Positions 51,721 to 63,886 of a DNA stretch of 64,000 nt are shown here, piece after piece. The stretch spans positions 46,688,001 through 46,752,000 of the forward strand of contig CM052816.1 in the NCBI GenBank assembly GCA_028534125.1, given 5' to 3'. Source of the stretch: Lama glama. Lineage: Eukaryota. How positions within the stretch are numbered: the first letter of the stretch is position 1; each line of letters starts with the position of its first letter. The notes under the pieces were generated by a model. The model was not told where the DNA came from. It did no database searches and was given only the letters and a program-made list of their open reading frames with translations. The position numbers and the translations under genes are program-made.

Positions 51721-54700
51721 AACTTTTTCATTGATCTCTGTAATATTAAACATCATAGTTTGGGCTCATGGCCTTTGATGATGTCAGTTTAGCCAGGATT
51801 TAATTGCCCACGTGGTCCAAGCTAGAGTTTAGTTTAAAATCTATGACAGGAATACAGCCAGTGCAAATGTATCATTCATCCACTCCAAAGGTGGGGCAGG
51901 TAGACTGCCTTGCGTCCTTTAGGAGCTCTGCCCTGCGTCTGTGCACTTTAATCTCACTTCTCACATTTAACTGTCACCCTTCCTGACCACCAACCCCGAG
52001 AAAAGATCTGAAGTACTAAAAGCGTGTGTTACACAGCCCTGGCGTGTTTTACAGTCCACGGGGCAGTTGGGTAGAATCCCCCTGTCCTGGAGTTTTACAC
52101 AGATAAAGGGAGGATACAGTTTTGAGAGGAATGCTGTAACTACAAAGTGCATCCTGAAGGCCATTTAGCTCACAATGAAGGTCTGTGTTTTAAAATAGCA
52201 CTAAAACAAAGTAACTACAGAGTTTTGGCAAGGGCTTCAACTATTTATAGAACTAAGTAAGGCATAGTAAATAGTGCCACAGTACCCAGTTCTCCCTTGC
52301 CATAACCCCAAACTTGTGAGAAGCACTGTAATTATATTTTTCTACTTTAAAAAAAAAAATCACAGTAGCCATTATCAGTTTAACCATACGGAAGCTCAGC
52401 CTGAGATTTCTTTTTTAAATGCATAGTTTTGATTTTCAGCAGCTGCACTGGGTCTTTAATCATATATTATCTTTATGAAGCCTTTTTCTAACATATGTTA
52501 ATTGGCTGTTTTCTGTGACAAATTATGAGCTCTTACTTTGATGAGGTTCAATTGCAATCATGTTGGAGTCGAGTACGTAGAGTTTCCACCCCTGCTGGCT
52601 CCTCAAACCACTACAAACATCCGCACGTCACTGCAGTGCTGAGTAATGGCAGGATTTGGGCTGGCTGATTTTGTTACAGATTTTTTTTTTCCACAGGATA
52701 TTTTCAGCTTCTTTGTACTAAATCTGTTGCAGGGTTTGCCCTTTTTAGCAGAAGCATGCTCTAAAATTAACATCAAATCTTATTGGAGATTACTATAATA
52801 CAGTGAGAAATATTTCATGATACAACACCCCCGCGTCTGTTTCACCCCACTAAAATGTTAATACATTTGTTGGACAGTTTGTAGAAGACAGTCAGCGGTG
52901 AGGTTGGTGTTTTCTAAGTCATCGGCATTTTGTAATAAAGATTTTGAATTTTCCTCTTTTGAGGAGAACAGTTATTTATTGAGTAGCTGATCAAGGGTGT
53001 ATTTAGCTATCATAAAGAAGGCACATGCTCTTTTTCTCTAGGTGTTGCCAAACATCAGTATGCCAAAGACCCCACTGTATTTTCTTTTTCCTTTGCAGTT
53101 AACATCTGTTGATCGAGTAATAAAAAGAATTGTGTGTTCCATCAAGGTTAGTGTCCTAAGAGATGCGTAACATACATTCCAGTCCTCTAGCCTAACATCA
53201 GTTTTTAATGTATGATTAGCGTGAACAGATATGTTCTAATCCACCTGCTCTGCGGCCTGTGAGAGAGAGCCTGCATCAGAAACCAACAGATGATCTGTGA
53301 GAGCTGTCGTTAGAATAGATACAAAAATAGACTGCATTCGTTTACGTTCGCAGGAAAGTAGTCAGGGCAATGTCCTGCAGAAACTGTGTCGAACACCAGT
53401 CATGTTGGGATTAATTTAATTATGGTTCTGCCTTGACATACAAGGTGGAGGATCTGTAAACTGAGGATCTCCAAAGCGAGGGGTCAAATTTCCATACAGG
53501 TATTGGAGTTTAGAATAAGATGAGCCAGATGTGAACAGGAGCTACTCCTCACGAGGCTGTTTTTAATCAGCCGTTTCCCTGGAGTAGCTCACAGTCAATG
53601 AGCTCTAAATCCTGAGGCTACCTGCGCATATAGGAAGGCCTGGGAACATCATTACAGAACTTACAATTGAGCTTATGTGAAAAAATTAGAGCAGAAATTA
53701 AGGGTAAGAAAGGTTAACTTCAGAAGTCTTACTTTGATACTGCTGTTTCAGAGGGCCTTAAAGAGGTTATTTCAAATGTTAGAGCGTTGGTTCAGTGCAG
53801 AGCGTAGCTGCCTTCCAAATGTTAGCAAAAAGGAGTATCAGACTCAACTAAATGCAGATACTGCTCTATTAAAAGATCATTGTAAATAAGCCAAGTGAAA
53901 AGTTATTATAGATTTATATTAGCCCGAACTGTTTAAACACATGTATTATTTTGAGAAGGTACATGTGCGTTGTTTCATCCGGAGTAAATAAATGTAAAGT
54001 TTTTTGTTTTTTTTTTTTAATGAATATCACGACGGCTAGAGAGAATGGCTTCAGGGGTCCTGAGTGATGCCTCCGTGTGACTGTGAAGTCATTGGATGCA
54101 CTGTCTTGAGCTAGTGTACGCAAGGAAACTTGGTTCCACTTGATGGGACACATATACTTAATTGGCCTTAAGAAAATAAACCAAGGTAAAGAATGATGTG
54201 TAAATGAAACAGAGAACTTGGCATTTGACTGTATGGAAGCCCACGAGCCATGTGGCTTAATTGGGGCCAGTTGGGATCATTTAATGATTGCTGTCAGAAG
54301 ATCAGATTTAATTCTCCTTATAAGAAGACCACAGTGGGATAGAGTTAAACAAATTGTCATCAGAGGTTTCAGACGAACAAAGCCTTAATTAGGTTGATTA
54401 TGATGCTGTAAAGGAGATGAAGAGAAACAGAAAAATTGATGAATCACTGGGTTCTATGTTGAACCATATATAATAGCGGTATCAAATATCTGTATTTTGA
54501 GAGATAATGATGATGGCATTTTGAGTATTATATGGATATGAGCATGGAAAGTTTTTATGTAAACTTTCTAAATTTCTAAAGTTTAGCTACAGACAAAAAA
54601 TAAATGAAATTCAGTGTAAATAGCAGATGATTTATCAAGTACAGTCTTCTTAATGTAGAACAAAAACATTAACAGGAGACAATAGTATTTCTTCTCATTT

Positions 54701-56694
54701 CAAGGTCATCTTTAAATGTTAAATAAATTGGGAAAGTAAATAATAGGGGCAAATTATTTTCAAGGACATAATTTTCAATTATTGAACAAAGTATTTGAAT
54801 ACAGAATAAAACAAAATCTTTACTTAGAATGTCCTTTTAACCATTTACATCACAATCCTAACGATAGTGTGATTATTTACTAGTGATAATATTCAGGACT
54901 ACTCAGATGTCTTAAAATGTACTCTTACTGTTTTACCTGCATATTGTGAAAGACTAAAATGTGTTTTCCCCATCTGCTGCAGTTTTGCAGGAAAATATTC
55001 CCTCTGTACAAACATACAGACACAGACACACACATTTACACATACACAAATGTATCAGGGTGAAAACTGTGTGCAATACACACAGGCTTTTGAGAACAAA
55101 ATTTTATAGAATATTTCCATTTCAATAGTGAATATGATATAGTAAAGATTAAGAAAACCATGAACATAAGATTTTTTCCTGAAAGAATCATGAGATGCCT
55201 GAGAGTTTAGACTTCTGTCGTCATGAGATGAAAATGTGTAGCAGCATCTCGCATTTCAAGCCCCGCTTGCTTTGAAGGCTGACAGTTTCTGGTGTTGGTG
55301 TTGTGTAGTGCTTAACTTGCTTTGTTCAATACCAGCAACAAAAATCCAGCTGCATGTGCTTATTGAGAGGTTACAGCTGGGGAACAGAACCCACTCCGTA
55401 ATGCTAAATAGTAGCTCTTGCTTGGTGATGAGGACAGTGCCAGATTTACCTTTGTGGGGAGCTTTGCACGTCACTCAGTGGCCTTTGAAAGAAAACGTGG
55501 CGGCTGTGCTGTTGCGAAAAATTAGGAAAACAAAGACATGATTAAACCCTGAATTAATTGCTAAATATGATGTGGAAAGACTAAAAACTGTGGTGTGGTT
55601 GGATAGCACGAGGCTTTTGACATATTTGGACCATTTGGAGTTTATTTCAGCATGGGGATTGAAGGATGCTGTTTAAGCTCCAGTGTGAAAAAAATGTCAA
55701 AGGGAAAAATCTACCATGGATAACCATGACAGGAAAGCTGTGCTTCCCGTGTGTTTATTAAACTGTTTATAATGCAGTGCAATGCAGTTGTTTGAAGGTA
55801 TTCATCTCCTAAATTCTAGAACTGTGTAAATAAAATGGCTTGTATCAGTGACAATGGCAGGTTAGGCCCACTTGTTAAATTAATTGCAGGGGTTTTCAAA
55901 ACGAGTTCTTTTTTAGCCTTATTATATTTCTGACATACATTTCATCTCCTTTTGTCCTTGGGGAAAGATATTAAAGTAGGACTAGAAGCATTAATGTAGA
56001 GTTTTCAGCAGCCGTGGTCATTGGGAAAATTGATATATTTCCCTAGTTATTTCTACTTTTGCAGCCTGAAGCTCTTCCATGACTGATACTTAAAAGAAAC
56101 TTCTTAATTTTTATAACCCTGTAAATTTTTTCTTCACATAATGATTATTGTTAATGGATAAATGAAGCGTTTCCTTTACAAGTCATTCATCATCATCTCT
56201 GCAAAGTGAGGTCTTCATGGTATATGTAAGGACTATGATTCACTTGACAGCCTTACTTACTTGTAACTTTCAATTTATGCCTCAAAACTGAAGCAATCTT
56301 ACAAGTAGTAAGGCATGTTCCCAGTACTAACTGTGTACCCAGCCCTTCACGTACAGTATGACATTTAATGATCATAGCCATCCTGCATGTGGAGAAGTAC
56401 ATTCCCAACTGTTTCCAGGGCAAGGGAATAGTGGATCCAAGGTATTAAATCATCAGTCTGTAATCTCTCAGCTTCTAAGTACCAAGCTAGAGTTTAGACC
56501 CTGAGCTTCCTGACTCCAAAATCCATTTAGCTTCCACTTCTCAGTATAAATTAGCCTTTTCCATACATGAGATGCTATATATAATGAAAGATTAAGTGAG
56601 GTTAACAGCCTATCTGTATAAATAAAAATATGAAAATGTTCTCAGTGGTTATTAAAAATAGCAACTGAAGAAAGTACCTGAGAGATAAAAATAT

Positions 56695-57070
56695 TAATGA
56701 ATTAATTCATTAATCAACTGGTAATTATTAGCTACTGCTGTCTGCCTGGTATGAGGGTAGAAACTGAGAATGCAAAAGCGAGACGAAACAGACCTGGCCC
56801 ACAGTTGTTGAGGAAGATGGCAGACAGTTTCAATCATGAGAAGTGCTACGAAGGAGGACATGGTGCTGTGAGTCCTTAAAGGGAAATTTGATGTGATCAG
56901 TAAAGTCTGGAGTGCTTCCTGAGGAGGTGAAACTGAAGCTGAGTCAGAAAGGAAGGGAAGAAGTTAAGGAGGCACAGAGAGGAAGGAGGAGCATTCCAGG
57001 CAGAGGAAATTGCATATGCAGATACCCTGTGGTAGGAAGGAGCATGGCAGGTGTAAGGAACTGAAAGACA
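56695..57070 (-). mobile_element. L2 LINE fragment
   Basis: GCTTCCTGAGGAGGTGA...AAGCTGAG...GAGCATTCCAGGCAGAGGAAA...ATGCAGATACCCTGTGG...AGGAACTGAAAGA. Confidence 0.75.
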
Positions 57071-58659
57071 GTTGACATTATTTATTATTTGTCTGTGCGA
57101 TATTATGTTACTGAGACTTCAAGAAAACTCAGAATTCAGCATATTAACACTAAATTGGAATAAATTGAGAAAATAACTTCATTTGACATGATGGTATTTA
57201 TCCAGTGGGCAAGAATGGGTAATTTTGTTACCCTTAAGAGGATGACTTAGCTATATGTCTTTAGAATGCACTCAGCTTGCATTCATAGCTAGGGTAATAT
57301 AACTTTCTGTATAATTCTTGGCAAGCTTTGAGAGAAATGGAGCGACTTTCAGGACCAAGGAAATATTCCCTAACTCATACGATGTCACGTAGTCAAGTAA
57401 CAATAAGATTAATAATTACTATAGCTTTTGAAGTTCAGAATACTTCTTAAAAGAAAAAAGTTAAAGTTCTCCTTGTTCCTTTTAACCAAAATTTAATTAT
57501 GTGCCTCATATGTCTTTCAAACATATCATAAAGTAGAAGGTTAAGTGTATGTAGATGCATCATAATGAGGAAAGTTTTCCACTTAAAATAATGAATCATT
57601 TAATTGTTTGAGTTAGTAATACCAGGCTTGCAGCAACTAGGCTTATGATCATTTTGGTCCCTTACTAAGTATCCAGCTTATATTTATTTAACTGTATAAT
57701 TTCTTATGTGATATAACGTGCTTGGTTTTCAGCCTTGAGTTTCTAGAAAACACTGTATGAAGGTGCTAGTGTTAGTGAAAATGTGAGTCAATGGAAAAGT
57801 TATTTGTTAATACAAGTAAAAGAAAACCAGAATTCTTTCTTTGCAAACTGACATCACATATTTTAGTGTTTTATCATTATTCATAGGCTGTTTTTATTTA
57901 AGTGACTGCACTGTGCTTATTGTAGCAAAATACATGCTTTGCAAAGACAAGTTTAGCAGCAGAGAATTAATTTCTTCCCACATCTTTTCATGTGGCGTGG
58001 CAGTCTCACTCTAAGATCAAAACACATAACTGAAGGTTATGTTTAATTTCTAAATCAAAGTGTTGTGGGAAGATGATTGAAATCTGAAGATGACTCAGAT
58101 CCACTTGATATGTGGTTTTCTTCCTACAGAAACCTTAGGGTAGACTGCCATTTCCATGTTAGAAAGAACCTAATAGTGACGGGATTAAAATAAATAGTTT
58201 CACTATATACTGAAAGTTTATGTTAGTTACTTTGGTTCTTAATCTGAGTTTTTTTTAAAGAAATTTGAAAACTTCAATAACATAGGAATCTCTCCCTTCT
58301 CAACCCCGTGTATCTTTTTTATTTTTTAACTATGGGGGCAAAGAAGTAATCCATGTATTTTCCCAACAAACTTTGATTTTTTTGATTCGTGATTCTTTTT
58401 CTTTTTTAACCAAAGAACATAATTTGTCCATTTGGGTCTTTGCCTGTATAGAATCTTCTTCTGCCTCCAGAGGGTGAATGGAGATTGCATGGCCCTGTTA
58501 GCTGTGTCAGATGTTGCTGGTGAGGCATAGTAAATGGTAATTGTAGTGTATCTCCTACCTCACCAAAATGAACTTTTTTTTTTCTTATTTGTATTTCTTA
58601 AAGAAGTCATACAAAATACTAAGCTAGAGCTGTGAAATGGAATTTTTTTTTTCTCAGGT

Positions 58660-59070
58660 GTTTTAAAAATAGGAGTTAGAAATGTTCCCCTGTCTGGATT
58701 TCTCTCATTGTCCCTTATCTGAACCTCTCAAAGGCTTCTGTGTGTGGGGTGTGCAGCACAGTGCACTCAGACAGTGCTGCTCAGAGAAGGAAGTGAAGAG
58801 TTTTGGTTCCCATTTTACACTTCTGGAACAGTTTAGGGAAGGAAGCACCTTTACACCTTTTATTGTTCGTGGTTGCTGACATCATATCCTTCCCTGACCA
58901 GTCTGTGCGTGTTTCCTGCCATTCTGTCAAGATTCTTCTGTGTTACTGGGAGGGATTTGTGGGAGGGAGGAAGAGAGCGAGAAAGAGTGTTGGGGAGGGT
59001 GGGGGGGGTGTCACTCAAGGGAACTTGTTTGTAGAGGAGAGAGCCTGGGTGGGAGAAGGATCTTTAGCAT
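58660..59070. promoter_or_regulatory. ETS-rich intronic enhancer candidate (possible ortholog of the Mef2c endothelial F7 enhancer)
   Basis: AGGAAGT (58788-58794, in CTCAGAGAAGGAAGTG), AGGAAGC (58840-58846), TTTCCTG (58912-58918), GAGGAAG (58967-58973), SOX-like ATTGTT (58862-58867) and MEF2-type TTAAAAATAG (58663-58672). Confidence 0.55.
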
Positions 59071-62000
59071 CTGTCCGCAAGAAATTCTTCTCTCCTTGGG
59101 TCTCAAACCACGTTGCCTTCATCCATCTGCTTATGCCAAACTCAAAGTGAACAGAAGCCTGCCATAATGAAGTTCCCCTTTTTAGTAAGCAGCCTGATTT
59201 TATTTTTCTTATATTTAGGATGGCAAAAAAGAAAAAAAGTGCAGAAGACTATAGCTCTATAGAGTGTAACTGTGGTAGAGTATTTCTCTTTCTTTCTTTC
59301 TTTTTTAATTACTGATTGTTTCTCTGTAACTCTGTCATTTTCCAAGAATGCTTCTTTCATGTGGAAAGAAGTAGCGGCAAGGCTGCTGGAATTATTTTAA
59401 GCTTATGGTTGATTGTACATAATGAAAGTTCTCAGCATAACTTGAAATCTACTATGTGTAGTTTAGCTATTATATTCTTTTCTTCATATACCTACAAGAC
59501 AGTTTTTCAGATAACTAAAGTTATATAATCTCTTTTTCAGCCTCTCCAGGCCTCCTACAAATGAATGCTTGAAACTGACCTTACAATATAATTTTTGCAT
59601 AAAAATCAGATTAGAAAAATAGTTATGCTAAAAAAACAGCTGCTGAGCTATTGTTGACCTTCCTAACTCTTTGCATTTTTACTGACAACCTTGAACCATA
59701 GTGACCCATAATCAAATATTCTAAGCCAAGTGTTCCAAGACATATTTTACTTTGTGAAAACAGTCTCATTATCTAACTCTGTATATGTACTGAATCATAT
59801 CAAATTTTGCATTTCAAAAATGTTCAAAAGGCAACACACTTCACAAAATAATTCATTTTTTACAGAAAACAATAGAAGTTTAATCTCACTGATATTTAAA
59901 CTTGCATCTCTCCACATGACCTTACATATTTCAAAAAGGAAAATATATTTAATGGCAATTTTTAATATATCATAACTATTTTATATATATATACAAACTG
60001 AGACATAGCAATTCCTTCTGGCAGAATATTTCCCATCGTGTTTTAAGAATTAAAAAAGAAAATCCTTGCTCTGCTATTTTGAAGAAGTGTCTCTCATTTC
60101 AAAGCTGTGAAATGTGGGGTGGCGATGGAGGGGAAACTCTCCTAAGTTTGGTAGGGTCAGGAGCTCTGTCTATCTGGGGAGCCTTTTCTCCAGGGATGTT
60201 TCTCTGCTTGTTTGGTTATTTGTATTTTGAAATCAGGATCCGTAGAGGTTCTCATCTTCCCCGCCTCGTCCCACACTAATCTGCTCACCCTGACCTTCCA
60301 CCTTAAAGTGAATAAGCGCTTAGGCAGGCATAGTCCTGTAAGCCGATAGTGCCACCGGCCTCAGCTAAATGACAGAAAGGAAATTGTCCCATATGCGTTT
60401 GCTGTGGATTCATGGGTTGGCTTTTCTGTGGTAAAGGAAGCCTCTTTGTCTCTTTGGGGTCTTGCCCACTCGTGGGAAATACCACCGTAACATGCTGCTT
60501 GCTTCTAAGGTAAGACTCTTAGGAAACAGGAAAGTTATCCAGTTGGGTGATATTTAAGACTGTTACTAAAGATAGACAGATGGACACTGTTTGGCAATAG
60601 TGAATGTAGGATGCAGTTGTGCTTAGTGCATTTTTCATATTTTAATATATCTTGCAGCTAATTTTTTCCTGCATATTTGTCAAATGTGTATTATTTGTAT
60701 AACTCTCAAACTCCGAACTATTTCCAGCATTTAAAATGACCACTGGAGCAATAGTATTTGATGAGCAGTGTGTGGTCATGATATTACTCAACATATATAC
60801 ATATTCTCAGAGGCAGAACTGAGCTGCAATTTAATAGAAGGGGTTGGGCAAAAGAGAATGGATGGTATTTAAGTAGCACTTAATCCACCAGAACTAATTA
60901 TATCATAATAGCTTCTGCAATTAGATAATCACAGAAAACTTAAATTAAAAAAAAAGTTTACTCAAGGTGATAAAGAATTTAGAAATTAAATTAAAGAAAC
61001 CAAAAGACAGCTGATGATCAGACCAAGTGTGTAACAGTTCCAATTCCTGTTCCAATAACATTGAATTAGAGCCAAATAATCTAATAAATAGCCAGGGCAT
61101 TGGCTTAGCATTACATAATACATGTGGGAATTTATCAGGTCAGTTCTCAGACACCACACTAAAATAAACAGGGAAACTCTGAGCAGTGTGTAAAGCAGTT
61201 GCATTCTTTGACAGAAGACAGGATAGAATAATTGAAGCTGTTGCTTGCAAATGAAGAAGCCATTGTGGAATGCCTTCTTGTTAACTTCCACATTTCACAG
61301 CAATTCACTTTCATTACGTTCAAATATTTTCAGATATAATTTAAAACAAAGTGAAATAAATACTTTTAATACTCTGGGTCCTTGGGTTGATTTTGTATTA
61401 TTGATGACCACTTCCTCCATTTTAATTCATGGCTTAAAGATATACAGTATATAGCAAGCTTCTGTAATTTTGTATCTTCCTCCCCAAAGAGATATGATAT
61501 GTCTTTCAAAAATATTTAAATTTAGAGGACTGATGGCTTATTATAAAAAATATAGTTATAAATGGAATGATACTCTAATTTTTCACCCTTTCTTTTGTAT
61601 GAATGATTATCTTTCTTGATTCTTGTACTCAAGATACAGCTTAAGGGCTTTCAAAAGGGAAAAGAGATCTCACTGTTGATAGCTGCTTGTTATGTGAGAT
61701 TCAGTATTCCACATTATTTTTACAGTGTTCTCATAGCAGTGACTTTTTAAAAATAAGATTAAAGGATTTAGATTTAAATTAATTGACATTTACATATATC
61801 AAATAGCACTTTCATAATAGTCCATCCTATTTGCATAACGAGGGACGTTATCACCTCTGCTGTCAAAACATGAGATTGTTTTCCCTTCAGAAATGAATTA
61901 GCTGCCCTACTTAGCATACACAGGTACATAAAGGTTCATTAACTCTCTGATTTAGGTAATTTTTCATAACAGAAGGGTGAAAATAGTCACCTAATTTCAT

Positions 62001-62302
62001 TAAAAATACTAAGAAACTCTTTGCAAAAGACATTTCAAGTGTTGGGCTTTAAAGCATAGTTTTCATCATTTAAATGACTTGTTAAATTACTTACGAGGTT
62101 ATTTTAATTATAAAAAACAACTCATTCCTACTTGATATGCTCCTGCATGTGGTCTATACCGTGTACTTTTAATAAGTACTTATTTTCATTCATTTGATTG
62201 GCTTACTTCCAGAGAGTTTTATTTTTAAAAAATTAGATTATAATAGGTGTTATGAAACTGGCTTGCTATTAAAGTGGTGTTTAATTTTTCCTTTTTGTTC
62301 AG

Positions 62303-62444
62303 CAGGAACGAATGCAGGAATTTGGGAACTGAGCAGTGCAAGTGCTGAAGAAGGAGATTTGTTTGGAGGAAACAGGAAAGAGAAAGAAAAGGAAGGAAAA
62401 AATACATAATTTCAGGGACGAGAGAGAGAAGAAAAACGGGGACT
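62303..62444 (+). other. MEF2C: 5'UTR part of the first coding exon of MEF2C (tandem CAGCAG acceptor; exon starts at 62303 or 62306)
   Basis: Polypyrimidine tract ttaatttttcctttttgtt, then CAG CAG at 62300-62305, then purine-rich UTR GAACGAATGCAGGAATTTGGGAAC...GGGGACT up to the ATG. Confidence 0.9.
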
Positions 62445-62498
62445 ATGGGGAGAAAAAAGATTCAGATTACGAGGATTATGGATGAACGTAACAGACAG
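62445..62498 (+). CDS. MEF2C: MEF2C first coding segment (N-terminus of MADS box; 18 codons, partial gene)
   Basis: ATG GGG AGA AAA AAG ATT CAG ATT ACG AGG ATT ATG GAT GAA CGT AAC AGA CAG translates to MGRKKIQITRIMDERNRQ, the MEF2 N-terminus. Strong Kozak context (ACTATGG) and a phase-0 donor CAG|GTGAGT at 62499. The peptide alone does not separate MEF2C from MEF2A; the upstream UTR matches the MEF2C 5'UTR as I recall it. Too short to appear in the ORF track. Confidence 0.96.
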
Positions 62499-63886
62499 GT
62501 GAGTGGGGTAAACTCTTTTTGTATTATTATTTACATGGATCATTTATTACATCCCCCCTACCAGGTATATTACAGGTACTGAAAACGTTTTGATCTTAGA
62601 AACAAGAGAAGTTTTAGTGAATTTAATGTGGCCAGTTTAAGTGTTAATAGTCTCTTATGTGTAAAGGAAAAAAATTACCCTGTTTGTTAGAAATACACTT
62701 TACACCTTCCTGATTATTCACTTTTTACTTCAACGTGAATGTTAAGTGGGAGCTACATTTGTGTGACATGAATAGCTTAATAATTAAGAGTTAATACGCA
62801 TAACGTTGCTACACTGCACGCATCATCAAACAAAGATATTCTCATGTTCATGGGAACGAGGCCTTTTGTGGTCATCCACTTAAAGGTTTGTAACATAGGC
62901 TAAATGTTCTGTATAAAAATGGCTTTCATTCTATTCACAGTAAAAAAGACTTTGAAGTACATCCAAATATTTGACCTTGTGCTAACAACAACAAAGAAAA
63001 CACCCTCCAAAAATATTAGTACCTTCCAGCATATAGGCAAGAACTATTAGTTAGTCCATATCATTTTCTTTAAACCCTGAATTTTATAAACCTAGAGGCA
63101 GATGATGTTATAATTTTTTCCGAGAACTCCAGGGACACCTATATGATACAATTGATCTGTTCTAAAGACATTATACATCCAAATGCTCTATTCAACAGAG
63201 ACTTGTATATTATGAATATCTGTGCTTGACTCTTTTTCTTCACACTTGGAGAGAGTGGATTTCGTTAAGCGATGTAAGAATAGCTGGGTGGTTTGTATGC
63301 CTTCTACTGTTAAATATCAAAGAATGGTCCCTCAGAACTACTACAGTACTGCCCCATCTCAGCCACTGCAGACGGATAATGGGACCTACAACACGGGCTT
63401 TCCTTGACCGTGGGAGAGGAGAGCACTTTCCTGTTGCCCATTTACACGAGGGAAAGGTGAGAGGCCAGCCTTGGGGACACCTCACCAGACAGTAATTTCC
63501 CTCAAATAAAGGCAGTCTATCTCTCCTACTGTGCCTTCCTATCTTCCTGGACCTGCAAATGAGACTAGGACTGATTTGTGGTTTAAAATTTTTTGTTGCT
63601 ACCCGTGTATAAATTACAATGACTAGAAGTTGTTGTTTATGCCATCAAGGCCCCTATGCCATTAAGAGGTTAAAAAAAAAAACTTCTTAGATTTTCAGGT
63701 TTTAACTCCCTCAAAGTATTATATTTGAAGTACATATGACAAACTATTTTTGGCTGAAAATTGATCTAGAGAGTCAAAAATGCTAAGATTTATGATGGAT
63801 TCTTTCAGTATTTTCCTGCACATTGTTTATTGCTATGGGTCAGGCCAAAAAGCAGTAATTCTGTCAATATAAAGCCACTTTTGGTA

